Positions 28,346 to 37,663 of a DNA stretch of 64,000 bases are shown here, piece by piece. This DNA is from Gemmatimonadota bacterium. GTDB lineage: Bacteria > Gemmatimonadota > Gemmatimonadetes > Palauibacterales > Palauibacteraceae. The translations under genes were made by a program, and so were the position numbers. Within the stretch, counting starts at the first letter, position 1. The number at the start of each line of letters is the position of its first letter. A model generated the notes under the pieces. The model was not told the origin of the DNA. It saw only the letters and a program-made list of their open reading frames with translations, and searched no databases. The stretch is taken from positions 1,120,001 to 1,184,000 of the forward strand of contig OY762926.1 in NCBI GenBank assembly GCA_963666735.1, read 5' to 3'.

Positions 28346-29341
28346 TCAGGACCGCTGGACCTCGACGAGGATCTTCCCGTCCGCGCGGCCGGACTCGAGG
28401 GCCTCATGTGCGGACGCCGTCTCCGCGAGAGGAAACGTGGCGGCGACCCGCACCTCGAGTTGTCCGGCCGCGAGCCAGGTCGTGAGATCCCGGACCGCGG
28501 CGCGACGGGCGGCGGGGGGCAGCAGGTATCCCTGTACGAAGTGGATGCGCAGGTCCTTGAAGGCGAGCGGATAATAGGCGAGCGACAGCTCCGGGCCGGA
28601 GGTTGACGAGTACGACGCGATGGCGCCGTTCTCCCCCAGCACCGCGACATCCGTCTCGAGGTTGGCGGCGAGGTCCACCTCGATGATCCGGTCCACGCCC
28701 TCCCCGTCCGTGACATCCAGGACGCGACCGGCGACGTCCTCGCGCCGGTAGTCGATCGCGTGCCGCGCGCCGCCTCCCAGCGCCACTTCGGCCTTGGCGG
28801 CGCTGCTCACCGTGGCGATGACCTCGGCACCGCCCAGAGTGGCGAGTTGAACCGCCAGGTGGCCGACGGCCCCGGCGCCTCCCTGCACCAGGATCCGCTT
28901 GCCGCCCACCGGGCCGTCCCCGTACACGGCGTAGTGCGCCGTGCAGCCCGGCACTCCGAGGCCCGCTCCGTCCGCGAAGGATGCACCGTCCGGCAACGAC
29001 ACGGCCTGCGCGGCCGGCACCGCCGCGTACTCCGCCGCCGTGCCGAACGGCCGGCCGCCGCTCTGGGCATTCCACACCCAGACGCGTTCGCCGACGCGGG
29101 CCTCGTCCACCCCCTCCCCCACGGCGTCGATCGTCCCCGCTCCATCGGAGTGCGGGATGATGCGCGGATGAGGCATCGACAGTCCGATCCAGCCGGCCCG
29201 CCGCTTGGTGTCCGACGGATTCACTCCGGAGGCGGCCAGCCGCACCCGAACGTCTCCCGCCGCCGGCACGGGCGCATCCTGCCGCCCGAACCGGAGCACG
29301 TCCGCCGCCGGCCCGGTTTTCTCGTACCAGATCGCCTTCAC
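28346..29341 (-). CDS. NADPH:quinone reductase (zeta-crystallin-like MDR)
   Basis: SGVNPSD, IPHSDGAG, GTAAEY, GGAGAVG, GKILV; GTG start at 29341. Confidence 0.9.
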   Translation of the reverse strand: MKAIWYEKTGPAADVLRFGRQDAPVPAAGDVRVRLAASGVNPSDTKRRAGWIGLSMPHPRIIPHSDGAGTIDAVGEGVDEARVGERVWVWNAQSGGRPFGTAAEYAAVPAAQAVSLPDGASFADGAGLGVPGCTAHYAVYGDGPVGGKRILVQGGAGAVGHLAVQLATLGGAEVIATVSSAAKAEVALGGGARHAIDYRREDVAGRVLDVTDGEGVDRIIEVDLAANLETDVAVLGENGAIASYSSTSGPELSLAYYPLAFKDLRIHFVQGYLLPPAARRAAVRDLTTWLAAGQLEVRVAATFPLAETASAHEALESGRADGKILVEVQRS

Positions 29342-29548
29342 GCGCTTCTCCCGGTGTACGCCCCCGCTCCCGCGGCGGGTGCGCCGCAATGGGGTGCCCG
29401 CCGCCTCCGCGTGCAATGCCCCATCCACGCTCGAACCTTGTACATTCCGGCTTCCCCGGCCCCGGGCCTCCCGGGAGCACACCCCCGGGAGGCCACCCGC
29501 CGGGGGACTCCGGATTCGCCGGGAGATGCTCGTGAAAGGAGAGATGCC

Positions 29549-30334
29549 GTGAGACTCGAGGGCGCCGTCGCACTCGTGACGGGCGGCGCGCGCCGACTGG
29601 GCCGCGCGCTGTCACTGGGCCTGGCCGAGGCCGGGTGCGATGTCTTCATCCACTACCGGAGTTCCGACGAAGCGGCCGGCCGCACGGCGAGCGAGGTGCG
29701 GGCCCTGGGGCGCCGCGCGGCGACGGCCGCGGCGGACCTCTCGCTCCCCGAGCAGATCGGCGACCTGTTCGAAGCGTTCGACGCGGCGTTCGGGCGGATG
29801 GACATCCTGGTGAACTCCGCCGCGAGCTTCGAACGCACACCCTTCACCGAGGCGACGGTTGCGGAGTGGGACGCCGCACAGGCGCTCAACCTGCGCGCGC
29901 CCTTCCTCATGTCGCAGCGGGCCGGCGTCCGAATGCGCGCGGTGGCGGAGCGGAGCGGCAGCGGAGGGGAACCTCGGGCGCCCGGTGTCATAATCAACAT
30001 GGCGGACATGGCGGCGGTCGCGGCCTGGAAGGGCTTTGCGGCGCACGGAGTCAGCAAGGCGGGGCTCCTGCACCTGACTGCCCTGACAGCCCGCGAACTG
30101 GGCGCCGAGGTACGCGCGAACGCGATCATCCCCGGCCCGATTCTCCCGCCTCCCGGGGCGGCGGCGGAGGGCGCGGCCTGGCGGGAGAAGGGCCGGAGGG
30201 TCCCGCTCGGGCGGACGGGCCATCCGGCGCACGTGGCGCACGCGGCGCGGTTCCTGGCCGAGAACGACTATGTGACGGGAGCGACGATCCACGTGGATGG
30301 CGGCGAACATCTGCTGACGGGAGGGGGCACCTGA
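29549..30334 (+). CDS. SDR oxidoreductase, pteridine reductase/FolM-like
   Basis: AAGGAG RBS; TGGARRLG, HYRSS, LVNSAA, VDGG; catalytic site reads HGVSK instead of YxxxK; coupled to folB/folK. Confidence 0.82.
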   Translation: MRLEGAVALVTGGARRLGRALSLGLAEAGCDVFIHYRSSDEAAGRTASEVRALGRRAATAAADLSLPEQIGDLFEAFDAAFGRMDILVNSAASFERTPFTEATVAEWDAAQALNLRAPFLMSQRAGVRMRAVAERSGSGGEPRAPGVIINMADMAAVAAWKGFAAHGVSKAGLLHLTALTARELGAEVRANAIIPGPILPPPGAAAEGAAWREKGRRVPLGRTGHPAHVAHAARFLAENDYVTGATIHVDGGEHLLTGGGT

Positions 30335-30705
30335 TGGCGGGCTCCGATACGGTCATCATCCGCGATCTCCTCATCCGGGGCATCATCGGAGTCAACGACT
30401 GGGAACGCGAGAAGAAGCAGGACATCGTGATCAACCTGTTCCTTTCCGTGGACGCGCGGGCCGCGGGCGAGTCCGACGACGTCGCGGACGTGCTGAACTA
30501 CCGGACGCTGACGAAGCGCGTCATCGCGCACGTCGAAACCGCCGAGCCGTATCTCGTGGAAGCGCTCGCGCACCAGATCGCGCGGATCGCAATCGTCGAT
30601 TTCGGCGCGGCGCGGGCAAGGGTCCGCGTGGAGAAGCCCGGCGCGCTGCGCTACGCGCGTTCGGTGGGTGTCGAAGTCGAACGGACGGCGGCGGACTACG
30701 CGTGA
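30334..30705 (+). CDS. folB: Dihydroneopterin aldolase/epimerase (FolB/FolX family)
   Basis: IIGVNDWER..KQDIVIN, LNYRTLTK, LVEALA, EKPGALRYARSVGV; TGATG coupling. Confidence 0.85.
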   Translation: MAGSDTVIIRDLLIRGIIGVNDWEREKKQDIVINLFLSVDARAAGESDDVADVLNYRTLTKRVIAHVETAEPYLVEALAHQIARIAIVDFGAARARVRVEKPGALRYARSVGVEVERTAADYA

Positions 30706-31211
30706 GCGCCTCCCCCCGAACGACGCTTCTCGCGCTGGGCTCGAACATCGACCCGGAGCGGCACATGGTCGCGGCCCTCGAGGCGCTCGATGAACTGCTG
30801 GGCATCGAGGAAGCCTCGCCCATCTACGAGGCGGACCCCGTCGGGAACGCCGGGATGCCCCGCTTCCTGAACGCCGCGGTGCGCATCACGACCGACCTCT
30901 CCCCGGGAGATCTTAAGTTCGAGGTCATCCGGCCGCTGGAGCGCCGCCTCGGACGCATCCGGACCGCGGACCCCAACGCCCCCCGCACGATCGACATCGA
31001 CATCGCCGCCGTGCAGGGTCTGGTCGTCGACCGGGAGGAGTTGCGGCTCCCGGACCCGGAGATCCTGACGAGGGCGCATCTGGCGGTGCCTCTTGCGGAT
31101 GTGGCGCCGGGGTTCCGGCATCCCGGCCTCGGAATCACGCTGGGTGAAATCGCGGCCCGTTTCCGCGACGAGCCGGGGCTGGCGAGACGCGACGATGTCC
31201 GGTGGCCGTGA
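30702..31211 (+). CDS. folK: 6-hydroxymethyl-7,8-dihydropterin pyrophosphokinase
   Basis: LALGSN, FLNAAV, PRTIDIDI, PLADVAP..HP. Confidence 0.93.
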   Translation: MSASPRTTLLALGSNIDPERHMVAALEALDELLGIEEASPIYEADPVGNAGMPRFLNAAVRITTDLSPGDLKFEVIRPLERRLGRIRTADPNAPRTIDIDIAAVQGLVVDREELRLPDPEILTRAHLAVPLADVAPGFRHPGLGITLGEIAARFRDEPGLARRDDVRWP

Positions 31212-31239
31212 ACCCCGGGCGAACGTACCTTCCGGCCCC

Positions 31240-32928
31240 ATGATTTCGTCCGCGGCCCTTCCGGAAAGGGGGACTCGCCCTGCTCCGTCCCGGGGCGCGA
31301 ACGTCGTCCGGCTCCTGTGCCTGCTGGGGCTCTTTCCAACGTCCCAGGCGCGGGCGCAGGAGCCCCCATCCGCGACGGAGACGGCGGACGGCGCGGGCAC
31401 CATCATCGACACCGTCATCATCACCCGGCGGGACGTGTTTCTCCCCGAGGATGCGGAGAGAAACTTCATTTACCGTCTCGGGAACGGGCTGCACGCGATG
31501 ACGCATGCCTGGGTGATCCGTCGCGAACTCCTCCTCGGGGCCGGATCGCCGGCCGACTCGTTGCTGACCGCCGAGAGCGAACGCAATCTCCGCCGTCTCG
31601 GCCTGTTTCACCGGGTCCGCGTGGACACGACGCGGCTCGAGGATGGCAAACTGGCGCTGGACGTACGCACGCGCGAAGCGTGGAGCCTGCAGCCCCGGTT
31701 CACCGGCCGGCTCGCGGCGGACGGCACCGTCACCGGCACCTTCGGCGTCACGGAGATCAACCTCGCCGGCACCGGCAACGCGATGCGCGTGTGGTACGTG
31801 CGGGAGACGGACCGCGACGGGATGGACCTGCGACTCACGTCCAACCGGGTGGGGTCGACCCGCCTGCTGGCCAGCGGAACGTGGCAGAACCTGTCGGACC
31901 GCGACGTCATTTTATGGACCGTCGCGAACCCGTTCCGCTCCCTCTCCGACCGCTCCGCGTTCTACTACGAGGGGCGGAGTTTCCAGGGACGAATCCCGCA
32001 GTACCGCCGGGACAACCCGGACGAACTCCAGACGACCGAGTGGCGGCGGCGCGCGCTGATCAACCGCTTCACGGGCACGCTCGCCCCGATCGCCAGCGCA
32101 CGCGGGTTCCTGCGCGTGGGCGCGACGCTCGAGGTCCGCCACGAGGAGCACATGCGGCTGGAGCATCCCGACGTAGATGTCGACAGCCTCTATGCGACCG
32201 TTCCGGACTCGGTCTACGGCCTGGTCGGCGGCTTCGCGCGGTGGCGGCGCGCACGGTTCGAGCGCGTGGAGCGCTTCAACGGCTTCGCCGAGGAGGACCA
32301 GGACCTGAGCGACGAAGTGTTCGTTTCCGTGAAGCTCGCGCACGAGGCACTCGGGTACGCGTCCACGGGGGTCGGCGCGCGCCTTCGCCTCGCTTCCGGA
32401 AGGCGGGCCGGCTCGGCGATCCTCAAGGGCTATGTCGATGGGGGCGGACTGTTCAACTCCGCGGGCCTCGATTCCGGCTACGTGTACGGCAGCGGAACGG
32501 CGGCCGTGCGTACGACCGACCGCAACACGACGTTCCTGCGTGCCATCGGCGGAGTCCAGGAGTCGCCCCGGCCCGGGTCCGAACACGACATCGGCTTCCA
32601 GATCCTCCCCCGCCTGTGGGGACCGCACGCCTTCATCGGTACCCGGACGATCCAGGCGACGCTGGAACATCGCTCCTATCTCGTCGACAATTTCGTCAAC
32701 CTGACCGGAATCGGCGTGGGCGCCTTCGTCGACTACGGCGGGGCCTGGTATCCCGATCAGGATTCGAGGCTCGGGGGCAACATCGGCGTGACCGTGTTCG
32801 GAGGTTCCCCGCTGTCCTCGTTCGCGCAGGTGACGAACCTCAACCTCGGTTACCGCTTCGGCGGGGGGATCGCCGACAGCGAAAGGTCGAGGTGGGCCTT
32901 CAGCGCCGGCGGCGGCTTACGCTTCTAG
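31240..32928 (+). CDS. Omp85/BamA-TamA-like outer-membrane protein with POTRA domain
   Basis: Signal peptide ARA-QE; VIRRELL...ESERNLRRLGLF POTRA; EINLAGTG; AFVDYGGAW; C-terminal Phe. Start uncertain. Confidence 0.75.
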   Translation: MISSAALPERGTRPAPSRGANVVRLLCLLGLFPTSQARAQEPPSATETADGAGTIIDTVIITRRDVFLPEDAERNFIYRLGNGLHAMTHAWVIRRELLLGAGSPADSLLTAESERNLRRLGLFHRVRVDTTRLEDGKLALDVRTREAWSLQPRFTGRLAADGTVTGTFGVTEINLAGTGNAMRVWYVRETDRDGMDLRLTSNRVGSTRLLASGTWQNLSDRDVILWTVANPFRSLSDRSAFYYEGRSFQGRIPQYRRDNPDELQTTEWRRRALINRFTGTLAPIASARGFLRVGATLEVRHEEHMRLEHPDVDVDSLYATVPDSVYGLVGGFARWRRARFERVERFNGFAEEDQDLSDEVFVSVKLAHEALGYASTGVGARLRLASGRRAGSAILKGYVDGGGLFNSAGLDSGYVYGSGTAAVRTTDRNTTFLRAIGGVQESPRPGSEHDIGFQILPRLWGPHAFIGTRTIQATLEHRSYLVDNFVNLTGIGVGAFVDYGGAWYPDQDSRLGGNIGVTVFGGSPLSSFAQVTNLNLGYRFGGGIADSERSRWAFSAGGGLRF

Positions 32929-32936
32929 CGAGCCTT

Positions 32937-33458
32937 CTAGGGTAGAAGGATGCCGCCGGCCACGAGGAGTTGCCGTCCCCCCTCGAGTTCGTACCTCGCC
33001 TCGACGAAGGGCGTGAACCCGACGAGCGGAAACCGGAAGCCCGCCACGACGTTCAGCCCGAAGAGTCGCTCTTCGGGACTCTCCATCCCGTCCACTGGGA
33101 CGGATTCCCACGCCACGTTCACGCCGCCGCCGACATAGGGGACGAGGTTCGTCACATCGGCGAGCGAGATGTCCCCGAGAACGTTGAAGTTGAGTTCCCG
33201 GTAGTCGTAGTCGCCGCCGGGGTCGCCGAGACCCGAGTCGGGGAAGAAGTAGTCGAAGGACCCGGCAACCCGGATGCCGGGGGCGATCCAGGGCAGCGAC
33301 ACCTCCGCCCGCGGGCCGATGCCGAAATCCGCGTCGTCGCCGAAGGTGACCTGGCCCCCGACCTTGATTTCCTGCGCGGCAACCTGGGCGGCAACGAGCA
33401 TCCCGCCCAGGACGATCCCGAACAGGGCGCTGAACCATCCCGGCCTGCTTCGACGCAT
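32937..33458 (-). CDS. Outer-membrane beta-barrel protein (OmpA/OmpW-like)
   Basis: GGAGG RBS; signal peptide VAA-QE; FDYFFP, PYVGGGV, PFVEARY strands. Confidence 0.82.
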   Translation of the reverse strand: MRRSRPGWFSALFGIVLGGMLVAAQVAAQEIKVGGQVTFGDDADFGIGPRAEVSLPWIAPGIRVAGSFDYFFPDSGLGDPGGDYDYRELNFNVLGDISLADVTNLVPYVGGGVNVAWESVPVDGMESPEERLFGLNVVAGFRFPLVGFTPFVEARYELEGGRQLLVAGGILLP

Positions 33459-33560
33459 GTACCCGCCTCCATCTCTGATGCCCGCTCTCACACTGGCTCG
33501 CGCACTGGCTCTCGTACCGGCGCTCATACTCGCCGGCGGTCCCGGTCTCCGACAGGAGTG

Positions 33561-33588
33561 GGACGCCGCGTGGGCCCCGACGGTTGCA
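33561..33588 (-). promoter_or_regulatory. Putative ECF sigma promoter TGCAAC-N17-CGTC
   Basis: Minus strand TGCAAC cgtcggggcccacgcgg CGTCC, about 100 bp upstream of the beta-barrel gene. Confidence 0.55.
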
Positions 33589-33639
33589 CCCGGCCCGCCG
33601 ATCCCGAACTTTCGTCCACCGACCCGCGAGCGAGGACCC

Positions 33640-34551
33640 ATGGACAGACTCCGCATCCCCAACCTGGCGACGTACCTTCCGGTCGCCCCTTCCGATCTGC
33701 TTCTCGCCGCCCCCGTGGCGGCCCGGGTGCTCTTCGGCCTGAGCCCGGCCGGGCGGGCGGTGCAGGCGGCGGCCCTCGGCGTGTACGCGGGCAGCGCGCT
33801 CATCGACTGGGCGGTTCGGGCGGACGCCCGCCGCGTGGACTTCGAGGAGGCCTTCGGCTTCGACCCGCTCTCTCCGCCCCCGGCGTCCGAGGAGGAGCGG
33901 AGACAGGACGTCGAAGGTCTGGTGGAGCGGCTGAACGCGAATTACGCCCCGATGGAGACCCCGCGGAAGGAATTGGCGAAACAGGTCGACCTGTGCCTGA
34001 CGGATTATCTCGCGGAGCTCACCGGCCAGCGTCTGGAGACGAGTTCGCAGGTCCGGGAGTTCATGCTCGCGCAGATCATCTTCCCCTTCGCGCTCGGGGC
34101 GGCGGACCCCCTGACGGGGGATGTCGCGATCTTCCGGAGCACGGGCATCTTCGAACCCCATGTGATCGCGCACGAGTTCTGCCACCGCAAGGGATACCTG
34201 AAGGAGGTCGAGGCGCAGGTCCTCGGCTATTTCGCCCTGGTGCATTCGGGTGAGCCCGTCCTCGAGCAATCGGCCCACTGCGAGCGGCTGGACCGCCAAC
34301 TCTGGGTGTTGGCGGAGCGGGAAGCCGCCGCCTACAACGACCTCCTCGCCGACGTCGGACTCCGGGACGAGTTGAAGCAGGCGTTCGCCGTGCGCCACCC
34401 GGCGGACGGCCCGGTCAGCGGCGTCGTGGGTCCGATGATGAAGAACGCCTACAACGCCCGCATGAAGCTCACGGGGCAGAACGGCCTCTCGGACTACGAC
34501 GAAGGCTTCACGAACTTCATCCTCGCGACCGAGCGAACCGCCACCTCGTGA
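33640..34551 (+). CDS. DUF3810-like zinc metalloprotease
   Basis: DPLTGD, IAHEFCHRKGYLKEVEAQ (HExxH...E), C-terminal GLSDYD. Confidence 0.7.
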   Translation: MDRLRIPNLATYLPVAPSDLLLAAPVAARVLFGLSPAGRAVQAAALGVYAGSALIDWAVRADARRVDFEEAFGFDPLSPPPASEEERRQDVEGLVERLNANYAPMETPRKELAKQVDLCLTDYLAELTGQRLETSSQVREFMLAQIIFPFALGAADPLTGDVAIFRSTGIFEPHVIAHEFCHRKGYLKEVEAQVLGYFALVHSGEPVLEQSAHCERLDRQLWVLAEREAAAYNDLLADVGLRDELKQAFAVRHPADGPVSGVVGPMMKNAYNARMKLTGQNGLSDYDEGFTNFILATERTATS

Positions 34552-36500
34552 ACCTCCAGGATCCGGCGCTCACGTTCGCCCTCGCCATCACCGCGGGCGT
34601 CGTCGCGCAGTCCCTCGCACGACATGTACGCGTGCCCGGGATCCTCTTCCTGCTCGCGACCGGCATCCTCCTCGGGCCCGAGGTCGCCAACATCGTGCGG
34701 CCCGATACGCTGGGCGAGGGCCTCAACCCCATCGTCGGACTCGCGGTGGCCGTCATCCTCTTCGAGGGGGCGCTGCAACTCAACATCGACCGCCTGCGGC
34801 GGGAAGCGCTCACGATCCGGCGGCTGATCACGCTGGGGGCGGTGATCACGATCGCCGGGGCCACCGTCACGGCGATGCTCGCGCTGGGCTGGGACTTCCG
34901 GATCGCGCTCCTCTTCGGCGCGCTCGTCTCGGTCACGGGTCCGACCGTGATCAACCCGCTCACGCGGCGGATTCGCCTGCGAAACAACCTGCGGACGATC
35001 CTCGAGGCGGAGGGCGTGCTCATCGATCCGGTTGGGGCGATCCTCGCGGTCGTCGCGTTCGAGTTGGCGCTCGCGTCGACGGCGGGGGACGTCGGGGCCG
35101 GCTTCCTCGGCCTCCTCACGCGCCTGGGCCTCGGCTCCGTCATCGGCGTGGCGGGAGGGTTCATCATCGGCGGACTCCTGAGGATGCGGCGCGCGGTCCC
35201 CTCGGACCTGCGGAACATCTTCACGCTCGCATGCGTCCTCGCGCTCTACCAGGGTTCGCACGCCATCCTGCCCGAGAGCGGCATCATGACCGTCGCCATC
35301 GCCGGACTCGTCGTCGGCAACATGGGGCCCCGGCACGCGCGCGAACTCGTCGAGTTCAAGGAGCAGCTCACATTCCTGCTCGTGGGACTCCTCTTCGTCC
35401 TCCTGTCGGCGGCGGTGGACCTCGGCGACGTGCGGGCGCTGGGAGCCGGCGGGATCGTGACCGTGATCGTGCTCGTCGCTGTCGTCCGCCCCCTCTGCGT
35501 TCTCCTCTGCACCTGGGGCGCCGGCCTGCGCCGCAACGAGCAGGCCTTCCTCGCCTGGCTGGCGCCGCGCGGCATCGTCGCCTTCGCCGTCTCGTCGCTG
35601 TTCGCGGCGGAACTCGCACACAGCGGGATGGAGACGGAAGGCAACCAGCTGCAAGCGATGGTCTTCCTCGTCATCGCCATCACCGTCATTGTCCTCGGCG
35701 GGACGGGCGGGCTCATGGCGCGTCTGCTGGGGGTAAGGAAACCGTCCAACTACGGGTTCGCGGTCGTCGGGGCCAATCCCATCGGACGCGCGCTCGCCCG
35801 AACCCTGCGCGCCGCCCGCGGCGGAGAGGCGCCGATCGTGCTCATCGACTCGAACCCGACGGAGGCGGGGGCGGCGGAGAGCGACGGCTTCCGCGTGGTG
35901 CTCGGCAACGCGAACGAGTCGCGCACGCTCGTGAAAGCGGGGGTCGAGTCGCGCCGCGCCGTCGTCGCCCTCACGCCGAACGAAGGCGTGAACCTCCTCA
36001 TCGCCAAGCGCGTCGAGGAAAGCTGCCCGGGGGTGAGCCGCCTCGTGGCCATCGACCCGCTCACGCCGGGAGTCGGGCCCGAGCAGGTCGACGAGAGCGG
36101 CGCCTCGGTACTGTTCGGACTCGGGCTCGACCACGAGCGCTGGGCGCACCACTTCCGGCGCGACCGCGTGGAGATCGAACCTCTCATCTTCGAGGGCGTG
36201 GCCGGGTTGCGCGTCTCCCAGATCGAGGCCCTGGCCGACCGCCGGTTCCCTGCCCTCGCCCTCGTGCATCGCCGCGGCCGACGCGAACAGCCCGTGTCGA
36301 GCGGCACGACGTTGAGACCCGGCGACGTGGTCTGGTTCGGTTGGCTGCGGGCGCAGGCGGAACTCGTGGCGCCGCGGCTCGCCCGGGCCGGATTCCGCCG
36401 ACCGGACGCCGAACCCGCGGAGGATGGCGGGGAGACCGCCGAGGAAGACGCCGGCGCCGGTGGCACGTCCCCGGCCAACGGGCCAGATTCGGGCCGATGA
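34548..36500 (+). CDS. NhaP-type cation:proton antiporter with TrkA-N/TrkA-C domains
   Basis: About 12 TMs; ILFEGAL, TGPTVI, EGVLIDPVG, APRGIVA; C-terminal VGANPIG RCK domain. Confidence 0.92.
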   Translation: MNLQDPALTFALAITAGVVAQSLARHVRVPGILFLLATGILLGPEVANIVRPDTLGEGLNPIVGLAVAVILFEGALQLNIDRLRREALTIRRLITLGAVITIAGATVTAMLALGWDFRIALLFGALVSVTGPTVINPLTRRIRLRNNLRTILEAEGVLIDPVGAILAVVAFELALASTAGDVGAGFLGLLTRLGLGSVIGVAGGFIIGGLLRMRRAVPSDLRNIFTLACVLALYQGSHAILPESGIMTVAIAGLVVGNMGPRHARELVEFKEQLTFLLVGLLFVLLSAAVDLGDVRALGAGGIVTVIVLVAVVRPLCVLLCTWGAGLRRNEQAFLAWLAPRGIVAFAVSSLFAAELAHSGMETEGNQLQAMVFLVIAITVIVLGGTGGLMARLLGVRKPSNYGFAVVGANPIGRALARTLRAARGGEAPIVLIDSNPTEAGAAESDGFRVVLGNANESRTLVKAGVESRRAVVALTPNEGVNLLIAKRVEESCPGVSRLVAIDPLTPGVGPEQVDESGASVLFGLGLDHERWAHHFRRDRVEIEPLIFEGVAGLRVSQIEALADRRFPALALVHRRGRREQPVSSGTTLRPGDVVWFGWLRAQAELVAPRLARAGFRRPDAEPAEDGGETAEEDAGAGGTSPANGPDSGR

Positions 36501-37663
36501 AGATCCACACCGCCCGACGCACGCACGGCTTCACGGAATCCGTGATTCGAATGATGACCCGGCTCTCGAACGAACACGGGGCCATCAACCTCTCGCAGGG
36601 TTTTCCCGACTTCGAGTCGCCCGACACGTTGAAGATCGGGGCCGCGCGCGCGATCTACGACGACGTGAACCAGTACGCGATCACGTGGGGCGCGAAGCGG
36701 TACCGCGACGCGCTCGCCGCGAGCTATCGCGACTGGTACGGGCTCGATGTCGATCCGGAGGCGCACCTTACGATCACGTGCGGGGCGACCGAGGCGATGA
36801 TGGCCGTGCTCCTGGCGGTCGTGGACCCCGGGGAGGAAGTCATCGTCTTCGAGCCCTTCTACGAGAACTACGGCCCGGACACCACGCTCTGCGACGCGAC
36901 CCCGGTGTTCGTGCGGCTGACCCCGGAGTGGCAGATCGACTTCGACCGCCTGCGGGCGGCGTTCAGCCACCGGACGCGCGCGATCATCGTGAACACGCCG
37001 AACAACCCCACGGGCCGCGTGTTCGGCCGCGACGAACTCGAGAAGATCGCGATCCTGTGCCAGGAGTTCGACGCCTACGCGATCACGGACGAGGTCTACG
37101 AGCACATCCTCTACGACGGGGCGCGGCACATTCCGATGGCGACGCTCCCCGGCATGCGGGATCGGACGATCACGATCAGCGCCGCCTCGAAGACGTTCGC
37201 GGTCACGGGCTGGCGGATGGGGACGATCGTGGCGCACCCGGAGCTGTCCGACGCCATCCGCAAGGTCCACGACTTCCTCACCGTGGGAGCCGCCGCGCCC
37301 CTCCAGGAAGGGGTGGCCACCGGTCTCGAGATGCTTCCGCCGTCGTACTATGAAGGGCTCGCCGATGTGTACGGCGCGAAACGGGACCTCTTCTATCCCG
37401 CGCTCGTGGAGGCCGGGTTCGACTGCCGCAAGCCGGAGGGCGCGTACTACGTGCTCGCGGACTTCTCGAACCTCTCGGATCTGCCGGATGACGAGTTCGC
37501 GTTCTGGCTGACGCGCACGATCGGCGTGGCTCCCGTCCCCGGATCCAGTTTCTTTCACAACCCGGAGGATGGGCGGAAGCTCGTGCGGTTCGCGTTCTGC
37601 AAGACGGAGGCGCTGCTCGAGCAGGCCGCCGAACGACTCGTGACGGTCAGAACCCGGGTTTGA
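36497..37663 (+). CDS. PLP-dependent aminotransferase class I/II
   Basis: INLSQGFPDF, NTPNNPTG, DEVYE, SASKTF..GWRMG, RFAFCK. Confidence 0.93.
   Translation: MKIHTARRTHGFTESVIRMMTRLSNEHGAINLSQGFPDFESPDTLKIGAARAIYDDVNQYAITWGAKRYRDALAASYRDWYGLDVDPEAHLTITCGATEAMMAVLLAVVDPGEEVIVFEPFYENYGPDTTLCDATPVFVRLTPEWQIDFDRLRAAFSHRTRAIIVNTPNNPTGRVFGRDELEKIAILCQEFDAYAITDEVYEHILYDGARHIPMATLPGMRDRTITISAASKTFAVTGWRMGTIVAHPELSDAIRKVHDFLTVGAAAPLQEGVATGLEMLPPSYYEGLADVYGAKRDLFYPALVEAGFDCRKPEGAYYVLADFSNLSDLPDDEFAFWLTRTIGVAPVPGSSFFHNPEDGRKLVRFAFCKTEALLEQAAERLVTVRTRV

Noticed and set aside
29635..30705. 356-aa extended FolB ORF; likewise the extended ORFs 35231-37663, 53075-54262, 53611-55113 and 18149-22363
   Set aside because: The extensions lie inside upstream genes; coupled or RBS-supported starts give normal-length proteins.
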